Assembly: GCA_036380455.1 (NCBI GenBank)
Contig: DASVEQ010000035.1
Span: forward strand, 1-63,810
DNA: 63,810 nt
Direction of reading: 5' to 3'
Origin: Candidatus Limnocylindria bacterium
GTDB taxonomy: Bacteria > Chloroflexota > Limnocylindria > QHBO01
Position numbers and translations under genes: made by a program. This document shows, in pieces, positions 8,330-17,210 of the stretch. Every line of letters begins with the position of its first letter. Position 1 is the stretch's first letter. Under the pieces are notes generated by a model that ran no database searches, had not been told where the DNA came from, and was given only the letters and a program-made list of their open reading frames with translations.

Positions 8330-9721
8330 ATGCGCACGCTCATCAAGGGTGGAACGATCGTCAACGCTGACGTCAGCATCGCTGCCGACGTCCTGGTGGA
8401 CGGGGAGCGGATCGCGCTCATCGGCGAGTCGCTCGACTCCCAGGCAGACCGCACGATCGACGCGGCCGGCAAGTGGGTCATCCCCGGCGCCATCGACGTG
8501 CACACCCACATGGAGCTGCCGTTCGGCGGCACGTTCGCGAAGGACACCTTCGAGACCGGGACCCGTGCGGCGGCCTTCGGCGGAACGACGACGATCATCG
8601 ACTTCGCGGTCCAGGGCAGAGGGCAGGCGCTGCGGGAGGGCCTGGATGCCTGGCACGCCAAGGCCGAGGGCAAGGCGACGATCGACTACGGCTTCCACAT
8701 GATCATGTCGGATGTCACCGATGCGACCCTCGCCGAGATGGACACGCTGGTCGACGAGGGGGTCACCGACTTCAAGCTGTTCACCGCCTACCCCGGCGTC
8801 TTCTTCTCCGATGACGGAGCGATCTTCCGCGCCATGCAGCAGACCGCGAAGAACGGTGGCCTGATCCTCATGCATGCCGAGAACGGGCTGGCCATCGACG
8901 TCGTCGCCGCTCAGACGTTCGAGGCCGGCAACACCGATCCCTACTACCACGGGACCTCGCGCTCGCCGGTCATGGAGGGCGAGGCCACGAACCGCGTCAT
9001 CCGCCTCGCGCAGGTCGCGGGCGTGCCGGTGTACATCGTCCACCTGTCCGCGATCGACGCGTTGAACGAGGTGCGCCGCGCCCGTGACGAGGGCCTGCCC
9101 GCCTATGCCGAAACGTGCCCGCAGTACCTGTTCCTCACCCTCGAGGACATGGGCAACGGGTTCAACGGCGCGAAGTTCGTCTGCTCGCCGCCGCTCCGAC
9201 CGGAGGAGCACGCGCCTGAGCTGTGGAAGGGCCTCGCCAAGGACGACCTACAGGTGGTGAGCACCGACCACTGCCCGTTCGACTTCCACGGCCAGAAGGA
9301 CCTGGGCGAGGGCGACTTCCGCAAGGTTCCCAACGGCCTCCCGGGCGTCGAGGACCGCGTGAACCTGCTCCACGACGGGGGCGTCGCGGGCGGCCACCTC
9401 AGCCCGAACCGGTGGGTGGAGGTGATCAGCGCCGCTCCCGCCCGCATGTTCGGCCTGCAGGGTCGCAAGGGCGTGGTTGCCGTCGGTGCAGATGCCGACC
9501 TCGTCGTCTACGACCCCGCGGCGAAGCACACCATCAGCGCGACGACGCATCACATGGACGTCGACTATTCCTGCTACGAGGGCCGCGAGGTGACCGGCAG
9601 GGCCGAGATCGTGCTGTCGCGCGGCAAGGTCATCGTCGACGGAGTCGAGTGGCTCGGAGCGGCGGGCGATGGTCGCTTCCTGAAGCGCGCACCGACGGGT
9701 GAGCTCCTCGGCCGCGCCTGA
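8330..9721 (+). CDS. Dihydropyrimidinase / D-hydantoinase (cyclic amidohydrolase)
   Basis: DVHTHMELPFGG metal-binding motif and DFKLFTAYPG (carboxylated Lys context). GGAGG lies 5 nt upstream of ATG 8330. Confidence 0.9.
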   Translation: MRTLIKGGTIVNADVSIAADVLVDGERIALIGESLDSQADRTIDAAGKWVIPGAIDVHTHMELPFGGTFAKDTFETGTRAAAFGGTTTIIDFAVQGRGQALREGLDAWHAKAEGKATIDYGFHMIMSDVTDATLAEMDTLVDEGVTDFKLFTAYPGVFFSDDGAIFRAMQQTAKNGGLILMHAENGLAIDVVAAQTFEAGNTDPYYHGTSRSPVMEGEATNRVIRLAQVAGVPVYIVHLSAIDALNEVRRARDEGLPAYAETCPQYLFLTLEDMGNGFNGAKFVCSPPLRPEEHAPELWKGLAKDDLQVVSTDHCPFDFHGQKDLGEGDFRKVPNGLPGVEDRVNLLHDGGVAGGHLSPNRWVEVISAAPARMFGLQGRKGVVAVGADADLVVYDPAAKHTISATTHHMDVDYSCYEGREVTGRAEIVLSRGKVIVDGVEWLGAAGDGRFLKRAPTGELLGRA

Positions 9722-9975
9722 AAACCGTCGATCCTGGTCGCTCGCCGGCGGGACCAACGGCCAAGATGTCGCTGACGCTCCCGCATTGAAGGACGATTTG
9801 GCCAACGTCGGGCACCCTGTGATGCCGGCTGTCCCGCAGGTGCGCACGGTCGGCCACGACGTGGCCGGTACTCCCGCCCCGCGAAAACGCGCAGCGGGAA
9901 TGAGGGGCGAGTGGGCACGCCAGCCATTGGCCGCTATCCTGCACGGGCTGCAGAACCACCCACGAGGATTCCTTT

Positions 9976-10620
9976 GTGAAGCGCATTTCCATCCCGCTCG
10001 TCCTGGCGCTGACCGTCGTCGTCGCCGCGTGCTCGAGCGAGGAAGCCGCATCGGCCGCTCCGTCCGAGGCGGTGGCGACCATTCAGCCAACCCCCGAGCC
10101 GGCCGAGTCGGCCGAAGCCAGCGAGGAGCCGTCCGGCTCCCAGCTCGCCCTCCCGTCCTTCGACCTCAACGGCGACCCCGAGCTGGCGGCGCGCTTCCCC
10201 GACACCGTGGGCGGCGAGCCGCTCCAGGTGACGAGCATGCGCGGCGACCAGATGGGCGCCCTCGGAGGCTCAGACCCGACGTTCGAGGAGTTCCTCGACT
10301 CGATTGGCGCCGAGCTGTCTGACGTGTCGTTCGCCTTTGGCGGCGTGATGAGCACGGAGAGCGTGTTCAGCGTCGGTGCCTTCCGCATCGTCGGCGCGAA
10401 CGAGGACGACCTCGAGCGCGAGTTCATCGCCGCCAGCGAGGACGCCGGTGACATCAGCGGCTTCGAGGACGCGTCCGTCGGGGGCAAGGACGTCCTCACC
10501 GGACTCGACCCGAGCGGCGAGACCGATGCGAGCTTCTACCTCTACACGAAGGACGACACCATCTACTTCCTGACCGGCACCGAGGAGCAGGCGGCCGAAG
10601 TGCTGGAGGTCCTCCCGTAA
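9976..10620 (+). CDS. Lipoprotein, function unknown
   Basis: Signal peptide with lipobox (LTVVVAAC), followed by an acidic Ser/Glu/Pro-rich linker. Confidence 0.75.
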   Translation: MKRISIPLVLALTVVVAACSSEEAASAAPSEAVATIQPTPEPAESAEASEEPSGSQLALPSFDLNGDPELAARFPDTVGGEPLQVTSMRGDQMGALGGSDPTFEEFLDSIGAELSDVSFAFGGVMSTESVFSVGAFRIVGANEDDLEREFIAASEDAGDISGFEDASVGGKDVLTGLDPSGETDASFYLYTKDDTIYFLTGTEEQAAEVLEVLP

Positions 10621-10781
10621 CCACCGCGGGCGCGGCCGTCTTCCTCAACGAGGGGGCCGGCAGCGCGCGCACCGATCGCGTCCATCGCGCCGTCGACCTC
10701 GTTCGGCGCGCGCTGGACGCGGACCTCCACGTCACCGATACCCGTGATTCGGCCGAGCTGTCCGAGTGGCTGACACCCCGG

Positions 10782-11498
10782 TTGGGCGACTACGCCACGG
10801 CGGTGATGGTCGGCGGTGACGGCACCCTGGGCGTCGCGTACAACGTGGCGGCCGGCCGCGATGGCCTGTCGCTCGGCTACGTCCCGGCCGGCTTCGGCAA
10901 CGCGTCGGCGCACCTGCTGCGCCTCCCCCGCGATCCTGAGGATCTGGTCGAGGTCCTGCGCGCCGGTGACGCGCGGGCGGTGGACCTCGTCGAGGCCGAC
11001 GGCCGTCTGGCGCTGTTCGCCGGCGCCGGATGGGATGCCCTGGTGGCCGGTCGGTATGCGGCCGCCGGCGCCGGGCGCTTGCCGGGTTGGGCGGTGGCCG
11101 TGGCACGCTCCGTCCCGGACCTGTGGCGGCGCCAGCCCGTCGAGGTGCGGGCCGACGAGTGGGTCGTCCATCGCGGGCCGATGGAGCTGCTCGTCGTCGG
11201 CACCACGCCGTTCTATGGCCGCGGGCTGCGCGTCAACCCCGGGGCTCGCCCGGATGCCGGTTCGCTGTCCCTGCGGGTCTATCCCGGACCCGCACCGCGC
11301 CTCGCCATCGAGGCCGGCCGCTGGGTGCTCGGCATGGCTCCCCACGCGCGACGGATCGCCGCCCAGCGGGTCGACCTGCGGTCCACGGACGGCACCGACA
11401 TCCCGGTCCAGGCCGATGGGGACCTGCTCGAGGCCCGGCCCGCGTGGACGTTCACGATCCGCCCGCGCGCCGTCCGCCTCATCGGCCGCTGGGGCTGA
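10782..11498 (+). CDS. Diacylglycerol/lipid kinase family protein (YegS/BmrU-like); 5' end unresolved and probably extends to ~10620
   Basis: GGDGT motif (VMVGGDGTLG). The in-frame upstream sequence encodes AAVFLNEGAGSARTDRVHRAVDLV, the expected N-terminal Gly-rich beta-strand, but there is no canonical start between 10620 and the TTG at 10782. Confidence 0.75.
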   Translation: MGDYATAVMVGGDGTLGVAYNVAAGRDGLSLGYVPAGFGNASAHLLRLPRDPEDLVEVLRAGDARAVDLVEADGRLALFAGAGWDALVAGRYAAAGAGRLPGWAVAVARSVPDLWRRQPVEVRADEWVVHRGPMELLVVGTTPFYGRGLRVNPGARPDAGSLSLRVYPGPAPRLAIEAGRWVLGMAPHARRIAAQRVDLRSTDGTDIPVQADGDLLEARPAWTFTIRPRAVRLIGRWG

Positions 11499-12609
11499 GC
11501 CTCCGGACCGCGTCGAGCGCCGCGAACGCCGCCCGCCGGACCCGCTGCGGGCCGGATCCGTGGATCCGCAGCTCGGTCATCGGCATGGCGACCGTGCCCG
11601 CCACCGCGACGCGCACCCGGCTCCGACCGTTCGCGTCCTGCGGCAGCAGCGAGAGCTGGATGACGGCCTCGCCGACGGGCGGGCCGCTCGGCGTGCCGGC
11701 GTCGAGGATGCCGCCCGCGTAGCTCGCCAGCCCCTCTCGCGGGGCCGTTCCGGCCAGGATGGCGAGGAGGGCGCCGCCGGTCTCGGACTCCCAGGTCGCC
11801 ACGCTCGAGGCGCCCAGCTCGGCGATTCGGCGCAGGGCCGCCGACGGGAGATCCTCGTCATCGGTGCCGTACGCGTCGATGCCCAGCAGCTCCACGGCCG
11901 CCGCGACGAGCGGATCGAGATCCGACGGGTCGCCACGGGTCGAGAAGCGCACGTGGACGCCGTCGTCGCGCGCATAGATGCCGACGCCCACCCCGGCGGG
12001 CGGCGCGGTGAGGAGGTCCCCCAGCCGCTCGGCCATCGCCGACTCGCCGATGCCGAATGCCTTCACCGTGCGCATCGCCAGCGGTGGCAGCCGGAAGCGA
12101 CCCGCCAGCCGCGGGCGGACCTGCTCGGCCCACATCCGGCGCATCTCGGACGGCACGCCGGGCATGAGGACCACCACCACGTCGTCGCGGTCGACCCACC
12201 ACCCGGGCGCCGAGCCGATCGGGTTCGGCAGGGGCTCGGCCGACGGGACCAGGAGCGCCTGGCGACGGTTCGCGACCGGCATCTGGCCGAAGGCGGCGAA
12301 TCGCTGCTCGAGAGTCTCGATGAGGGCGGCGTCCTCGGTGAGAACCTCGTCGAGCGCATCGGCCAAGCCCTCGCGCGACAGGTCGTCGTGGGTGGGACCG
12401 AGGCCGCCGGTCGCCAGCACGACCGCGGACCGGGCCCGGGCCGCGGCGAACGCCTCCCGCAGGACCCCACGGTCGTCGGGGAGCATCCGCACCGAGCGCA
12501 GAGGCAGGCCGAGCGTCGCCATCTCGCCACCGAGGAAGGCGGCGTTCGTGTCGACGGTCTCGCCGAGCAGGAGCTCGGCGCCGATCGAGAGCAGCTCCGC
12601 GTTGGGCAT
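11479..12609 (-). CDS. cinA: CinA-like competence/damage-inducible protein (MoCF-binding domain plus CinA C-terminal domain)
   Basis: N-terminal AELLSIGAELLLGETVDTNA and ATGGLGPTHDD motifs, and a C-terminal ESETGG motif. Confidence 0.85.
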   Translation of the reverse strand: MPNAELLSIGAELLLGETVDTNAAFLGGEMATLGLPLRSVRMLPDDRGVLREAFAAARARSAVVLATGGLGPTHDDLSREGLADALDEVLTEDAALIETLEQRFAAFGQMPVANRRQALLVPSAEPLPNPIGSAPGWWVDRDDVVVVLMPGVPSEMRRMWAEQVRPRLAGRFRLPPLAMRTVKAFGIGESAMAERLGDLLTAPPAGVGVGIYARDDGVHVRFSTRGDPSDLDPLVAAAVELLGIDAYGTDDEDLPSAALRRIAELGASSVATWESETGGALLAILAGTAPREGLASYAGGILDAGTPSGPPVGEAVIQLSLLPQDANGRSRVRVAVAGTVAMPMTELRIHGSGPQRVRRAAFAALDAVRRLSPSGR

Positions 12610-12699
12610 CGGTCAGGAGTCTAGGGCTACACTGGATTTCAAAGCGCCCTCCACCACCGACCCGGCCGTGGCATGGGTCCTGCGATCCCAGGAGCATCC

Positions 12700-13116
12700 G
12701 TGACCGATGAAGCCCTGACCGTCCACGCGGTCCTCCCCGACGATCTCCGCGAGTGGCTCACCGCCGACCTGCGCTATCCGGTGCTGGCGGTCCTCACCCC
12801 CGAGGGCGCGCCGAACCAATCGGTGATGTGGTTCGACGTCGACCGCGACCACCCCGACACGATCCTCATGAACACGAAGGTCGGTCGCGCCAAGGAGCGC
12901 TTCCTGCGCCGCGATCCTCGGGTCAGCCTGTGCTTCGAGGAGGGGCTCTTCTGGGTCGCCCTGCAGGGCATCGTCGAGCTCGACGAGGACCGCGCGCGGT
13001 CGCTGGAGGACATCAAGGCGCTGGCACGACGGTACGGGAGCCGGCCGGAGCAGTTCGACGGCCAGCAGCGGGTCACGATCCGGATGAAGGTCGACAAGGT
13101 CATCCGCCACGATTGA
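12700..13116 (+). CDS. PPOX-class (pyridoxamine 5'-phosphate oxidase-like) probable F420-dependent enzyme
   Basis: Split-barrel family sequence (PNQSVMWFDVD, ILMNTKVGRAK). GTG 12700 is preceded by AGGAG; GTG 12673 is an alternative start. Confidence 0.75.
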   Translation: MTDEALTVHAVLPDDLREWLTADLRYPVLAVLTPEGAPNQSVMWFDVDRDHPDTILMNTKVGRAKERFLRRDPRVSLCFEEGLFWVALQGIVELDEDRARSLEDIKALARRYGSRPEQFDGQQRVTIRMKVDKVIRHD

Positions 13117-13172
13117 GGTCGTGCCCAGGGCCGATTGTATCTACCGCACATCCGTCCGCGAAGGAGCGACTG

Positions 13173-14111
13173 TTGGCCGATCCGATCAAGCTCGGGGCGA
13201 ACTCCTGGAACCAGTACACCGAGTGGGCTGCCCTGCGTGAGGCCGGCATCCGGCACGATCGCCTGGGCTACGATTCCATCTGGACCTGGGACCACCTGTA
13301 CCCGATCGTCGGCTCGCACGAGGGGCCCATCCTCGAGGGCTGGCTGACGCTGGCCGCCTGGGCGGAGCGGACGGAGCGCGCCACGATCGGCCTGATGGTC
13401 GGTGCGAACACGTTCCGCAACCCGGCGCTCGTGGCGAAGATGGCGACCACGCTCGACCACATCTGCGGCGGCCGCGCGGTCCTCGGGATCGGCGGCGCCT
13501 GGTTCGAGACCGAGCATCGCGCCTACGGCATCGAGTTCGGCGGGTCCCCCGGCGAGCGGCTGCGCTGGCTCGAGGAGGCGGTGCGGATCATGCGCGGCAT
13601 GCTTCACGGCGAGCGGCCGTCGGGCGATCGCTTCTACGCGACCCACGAGGTGCGCAACGACCCACCGCCGGTCCAGGAGCGGCTGCCGATCCTCATCGGC
13701 GGGGGAGGCGAGCGCAAGACGCTCCGCATCGTCGCCCGGTACGCCGACGCCTGCAACGTCGGCGGCGGCTTCGACAACGTGAGGCGCAAGGACGAGATCC
13801 TGCGCCGCCATTGCGAGGAGGTCGGGCGCGACGAGTCCGAGATCGAGCGGACGGCCAGCATGGGCATCTGCGTGATCCGCGACGACGCCGCCGAGGCGGA
13901 ACGGGTGGCGAACGCGATCTTCGCGCACAACGGTCGGGCCCAGCCCTGGAAGAACCAGATGGTCGGCACGCCGGAGCAGGTCGCCGATGCGATGCGCCCC
14001 TTCCTGGGCATCGGGTTCCGGAGCTTCATCATCGGCTTCCCGTCGCCGTACGACGAGGAGTCCGCCGAACGGCTGATCCGCGACGTCAAGCCGGAGCTCG
14101 AGCGCGGCTGA
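13173..14111 (+). CDS. LLM-class F420-dependent oxidoreductase
   Basis: LLM motifs (GYDSIWTWDHL, LGIGGAWFETEH). TTG 13173 lies 6 nt after AAGGAG (13161-13166). Confidence 0.8.
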   Translation: MADPIKLGANSWNQYTEWAALREAGIRHDRLGYDSIWTWDHLYPIVGSHEGPILEGWLTLAAWAERTERATIGLMVGANTFRNPALVAKMATTLDHICGGRAVLGIGGAWFETEHRAYGIEFGGSPGERLRWLEEAVRIMRGMLHGERPSGDRFYATHEVRNDPPPVQERLPILIGGGGERKTLRIVARYADACNVGGGFDNVRRKDEILRRHCEEVGRDESEIERTASMGICVIRDDAAEAERVANAIFAHNGRAQPWKNQMVGTPEQVADAMRPFLGIGFRSFIIGFPSPYDEESAERLIRDVKPELERG

Positions 14112-14159
14112 GGCGCGCCAGCTCCGTGGCCGATTGGGATATCGGCCCGCAAGCTGGCT

Positions 14160-14315
14160 GTTGTCCGAGTCGAGCGCGCTGGAGTCGGATAACTGGCCGG
14201 CTCCCGAGCAATAGGCGGCCGCCTGGGTCGCACTCGGCGCCGCACGAGCGTGACGCGACGGCCGCCGGCGGGTTTCGGCCAGCTAATGCGCGCACCGCGG
14301 CCAGTGATCCGAGTC
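14160..14315 (+). repeat. MITE/REP-like palindromic element, copy 1 (arms GTTGTCCGAGTC / GAGTCGGATAAC / N110 / GTGATCCGAGTC)
   Basis: 12-mers related to GACTCGGATAAC and its reverse complement were read at 14160, 14182 and 14304. The interior between arm b and arm c is exactly 110 nt. Confidence 0.8.
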
Positions 14316-14335
14316 GGTGAATCGACCACAGCCAC

Positions 14336-14341
14336 TACGCT
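14336..14341 (+). promoter_or_regulatory. -10-like box TACGCT, 6 nt upstream of the cofD ATG (leaderless-type)
   Basis: TANNNT-N6-ATG. Confidence 0.4.
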
Positions 14342-14347
14342 GAGCGC

Positions 14348-15271
14348 ATGAACGTCACGATCCTCGCAGGCGGCACCGGCGGCACGAAGCTGGCACACGG
14401 CTTCGCGATGCTCGCGCCCGAGGTCGAGCTGACGGTGATCGCCAACGTCGGCGATGACGTCGACGTGCATGGCCACCTCGTCTGCCCGGACATCGACGCG
14501 CTGCTCTACACGCTGTCCGGCCTCATCGACACCGAGCAGGGCTGGGGCGTGCGCGGGGACACGCACACCGCGCACGCGATGTTCGAGCGGCTCGGCGAGC
14601 CAGTCTGGTTTCGGATTGGCGACGCCGATCTCGCGACCCACACCCACCGTGCCCGCCTCATGCGCGAGGAGGGTGCGACCCTGACCGATGCGATCGCCGC
14701 GATGGCGAGGGCGCTCGGGATCGGCGCACGGATCCTGCCGGCGACGGACGATCGGTGGCGCACCCTCCTCGAAACCGACGACGGGCCGATGGAATTCCAG
14801 GAGTATTTCGTCCATCGCCGCCAAAAGCCGGAGGTCCGTGCGGTCCGCTTCGGCGGCCAGGCACGCCCCACCCCGGCGGTGCTCGAGGCCATCGGCGAGG
14901 CGGATCTGCTCGTCATCGGCCCATCGAACCCGATCGTGAGCATCGGCCCGATCGTCGCGTTGCCCGGCATCCGCGAGGCGCTCCTCGAAGCATCGGCCCC
15001 GACCGTCGCCGTCAGCCCGATCATCGCCGGCCGCGCACTGAAGGGGCCCGCCGACCGGATGCTCGCCAGCCTCGGCCACGAGCCCACCTCGCTGGGCGTC
15101 GCCCGCATCTACGACGGCCTGGCCGATCGGTTCGTGATCGACGAAGCCGATGCGGCGCTCGGCCACCACATCCAATCCGAGACCGGCCTGGCCGTCAGCG
15201 TGCTGCCGACGGTGATGCGCAGCGACGGCGACCGACGAGCACTGGCGGTCGCGATCCTCGGGGCTGCCTAG
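14348..15271 (+). CDS. cofD: 2-phospho-L-lactate (LPPG:FO) transferase, F420 biosynthesis
   Basis: N-terminal ILAGGTGGTKLAHG motif and overall CofD/FbiA-like sequence. Confidence 0.9.
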   Translation: MNVTILAGGTGGTKLAHGFAMLAPEVELTVIANVGDDVDVHGHLVCPDIDALLYTLSGLIDTEQGWGVRGDTHTAHAMFERLGEPVWFRIGDADLATHTHRARLMREEGATLTDAIAAMARALGIGARILPATDDRWRTLLETDDGPMEFQEYFVHRRQKPEVRAVRFGGQARPTPAVLEAIGEADLLVIGPSNPIVSIGPIVALPGIREALLEASAPTVAVSPIIAGRALKGPADRMLASLGHEPTSLGVARIYDGLADRFVIDEADAALGHHIQSETGLAVSVLPTVMRSDGDRRALAVAILGAA

Positions 15272-15732
15272 GCTCCCGGCTTCGCCACCATGAGGAAGAC
15301 GATCACGGTGATCGACAGCATGAGGATCGTCGTCGAGAGCACGCCCCGCTGATCATGGATCGCGGCGGTCAGCGCGGGTGAGGGGGTATCGGTCGAGCTC
15401 TCGGACGCGGCTTCGGCCATTCGCCCGGCCCACGGGCCGCCAACCAGAGCACCGGTCGCCATGGCGATGGCGAAGATCACGTATGCGCCGATCAGCCACG
15501 GTTGGAAGAAGTCGAGCTCGCCCGCCCAGGCGGCGAGAAGGCCGAAGACCAGCCCGGTCACGAAGAGGACGGGGATGACCTTGCCCACCTGGGCGGTGAG
15601 CGGAAGGTATCCCCGGAGACCGGCAACGTCACCGCGGCGCGCCATGATGTGGAGCCAGATCTCTGGGACGAAGGCCGCGGCGACCGCGGCGAACATCGTG
15701 AGGATGTGGAGGTACTTGAACAGAACGAACAC
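15268..15732 (-). CDS. Integral membrane protein (DUF2269-like)
   Basis: Four hydrophobic helices with an MFVLFKYLHILTMF start. It is convergent with cofD and shares a palindromic CTAG stop with it. Confidence 0.7.
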   Translation of the reverse strand: MFVLFKYLHILTMFAAVAAAFVPEIWLHIMARRGDVAGLRGYLPLTAQVGKVIPVLFVTGLVFGLLAAWAGELDFFQPWLIGAYVIFAIAMATGALVGGPWAGRMAEAASESSTDTPSPALTAAIHDQRGVLSTTILMLSITVIVFLMVAKPGA

Positions 15733-15793
15733 CCAGGGCCCCTCTCTCTCGGTTCTCCGGACACGGTACGGGGACCGTCAAGGACGCACGCGA

Positions 15794-15799
15794 TATGCT
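15794..15799 (+). promoter_or_regulatory. -10-like box TATGCT, 6 nt upstream of the cofC GTG (leaderless-type)
   Basis: TANNNT-N6-GTG. Confidence 0.35.
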
Positions 15800-15805
15800 G
15801 CTCCT

Positions 15806-16408
15806 GTGTCGACCCGGATCATCGTCCCGCATCGAGGGCTGGAGGCTGCCAAGACGCGCCTCGCCCCGAGCCTGGACCCCGAGGAGCGGATCATGCTCGC
15901 CAGCCAGCTGCTCCAGCGCGTGCTGGCCGTGGCCCACGAGGTGAGCGACGACGTCGTCGTGATCTCGCCCTCCCGTCCGCTCGCGGAGATCGTCGAGGCG
16001 TCCGGCGCGCGGCTGACCGTGCAGCGCGGGATGGGCCTCAACGAGGGCCTCGACCAGGCGCGATCGGAGGCGCTGCTCGACGGCGTCGACACCTTGATCG
16101 TGCTCCACGGCGACCTCCCGAACCTCCGCACGGCGGACATCCTGACCCTCGTCGACGCCCTTCCCGCCGATGGCGGACCCGGCGTGGCGATCGCCCCGGA
16201 CCGGGCCGGCACCGGGACGAACGGCCTGGCACTGCGGCCGCCCGGGGTCGTCAACTTCCGGTTCGGTGCCGGCTCGTTTGCCGCGCACGCCGCCGAGGTG
16301 GAGCGTGCCGGCGTGCCCTGCGTGGCCGTCAACCGCTCCGGACTGGCCTTCGACCTCGACACGCCCGCCGACCTGGCCCGCTGGCTCGAGCTCGGGGACG
16401 CCGCGTGA
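15806..16408 (+). CDS. cofC: Phospho-lactate/phosphoenolpyruvate guanylyltransferase, F420 biosynthesis
   Basis: IIVPHRGLEAAKTRLAP and GTGTNGL motifs typical of CofC/FbiD. The stop overlaps the cofE start (GTGA). Confidence 0.85.
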   Translation: MSTRIIVPHRGLEAAKTRLAPSLDPEERIMLASQLLQRVLAVAHEVSDDVVVISPSRPLAEIVEASGARLTVQRGMGLNEGLDQARSEALLDGVDTLIVLHGDLPNLRTADILTLVDALPADGGPGVAIAPDRAGTGTNGLALRPPGVVNFRFGAGSFAAHAAEVERAGVPCVAVNRSGLAFDLDTPADLARWLELGDAA

Positions 16409-17163
16409 GCTCGCGCATCGAGCTCATCGGCCTGGACGGCATCGGCGAGGTTGGGCCCGGCGACGACCTTGCCGCCCTGATCGCCGATACGGCCGCCGGC
16501 TCCGGCGAGCAGCTGCGCGACGAGGATGTGGTGGTCGTCACCCAGAAGATCATCTCGAAGGCGGAGGGCCGCCTCGTCGACCTCGCCACGGTCGAGCCAT
16601 CGGCGCTGGCCCGGGACTGGGGCGAGCGATGGGAGAAGGATCCTCGCCAGGTCGAGCTCGTCCTCCGCGAGTCGGCCTCCATCGTGCGCATGGGGCCTGG
16701 CGGCCTGATCATCAGCCGCACGCGCCACGGGCTGGTGTGCGCGAACGCCGGGGTGGACGTCAGCAACGTCGGCGGCGGTGACGTCGCCGCGCTCCTGCCG
16801 GAGGACCCCGACGCATCGGCGCGGCGGATTCGGGAAGGGCTGCGCCAGCGCACCGGCGCGACGCCGGCGGTGATCGTGAGCGACTCCTTCGGGCGCCCGT
16901 GGCGCAATGGCATCGTGAACGTGGCGATCGGTGCCGCCGGCATCGAGCCGCTGCTCGACCTGCGGGGCGAACCGGACGTGGCGGGCCGACCCATGCGGGC
17001 CACGATCATCGCCGTCGCCGACGAGCTCGCATCGGCGGCTGACCTGGCGGGCGGCAAGGTCGATCAACGGCCCGTGGTGATCGTTCGCGGCTACCGGTGG
17101 CGGCCGTCCGACGCCGGAGCATCGGTCCTGGTCATGGAAGCGGAGCGCGACCTGTTCCCGTAG
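16405..17163 (+). CDS. cofE: Coenzyme F420-0:L-glutamate ligase, single-domain form (no nitroreductase-like C-terminal domain)
   Basis: VVVTQKIISKAEGR, VCANAGVD and IVSDSFGRPWR motifs. The product is only 252 aa. Confidence 0.9.
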   Translation: MSSRIELIGLDGIGEVGPGDDLAALIADTAAGSGEQLRDEDVVVVTQKIISKAEGRLVDLATVEPSALARDWGERWEKDPRQVELVLRESASIVRMGPGGLIISRTRHGLVCANAGVDVSNVGGGDVAALLPEDPDASARRIREGLRQRTGATPAVIVSDSFGRPWRNGIVNVAIGAAGIEPLLDLRGEPDVAGRPMRATIIAVADELASAADLAGGKVDQRPVVIVRGYRWRPSDAGASVLVMEAERDLFP

Positions 17164-17210
17164 CGGCCCATGGCTTGCAGGGACGAGAAGCGCCCGCCGA
17201 GCGGGCGAGC

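Noticed and set aside
7154-9211. 685-aa minus-strand ORF spanning the HhH-GPD gene, the intergenic region and the hydantoinase gene
   Set aside because: It is antisense or out of frame to two genes with clear catalytic motifs. Its Arg/Ala/Gly/Pro-rich composition is typical of spurious long ORFs in very GC-rich DNA.
10816-12624. 602-aa plus-strand ORF
   Set aside because: It is an alternative frame of the lipid-kinase gene and antisense to cinA. It has no recognisable motifs and an Arg/Pro-rich composition.
13634-15175. 513-aa minus-strand ORF
   Set aside because: It is antisense to the LLM oxidoreductase and cofD genes.
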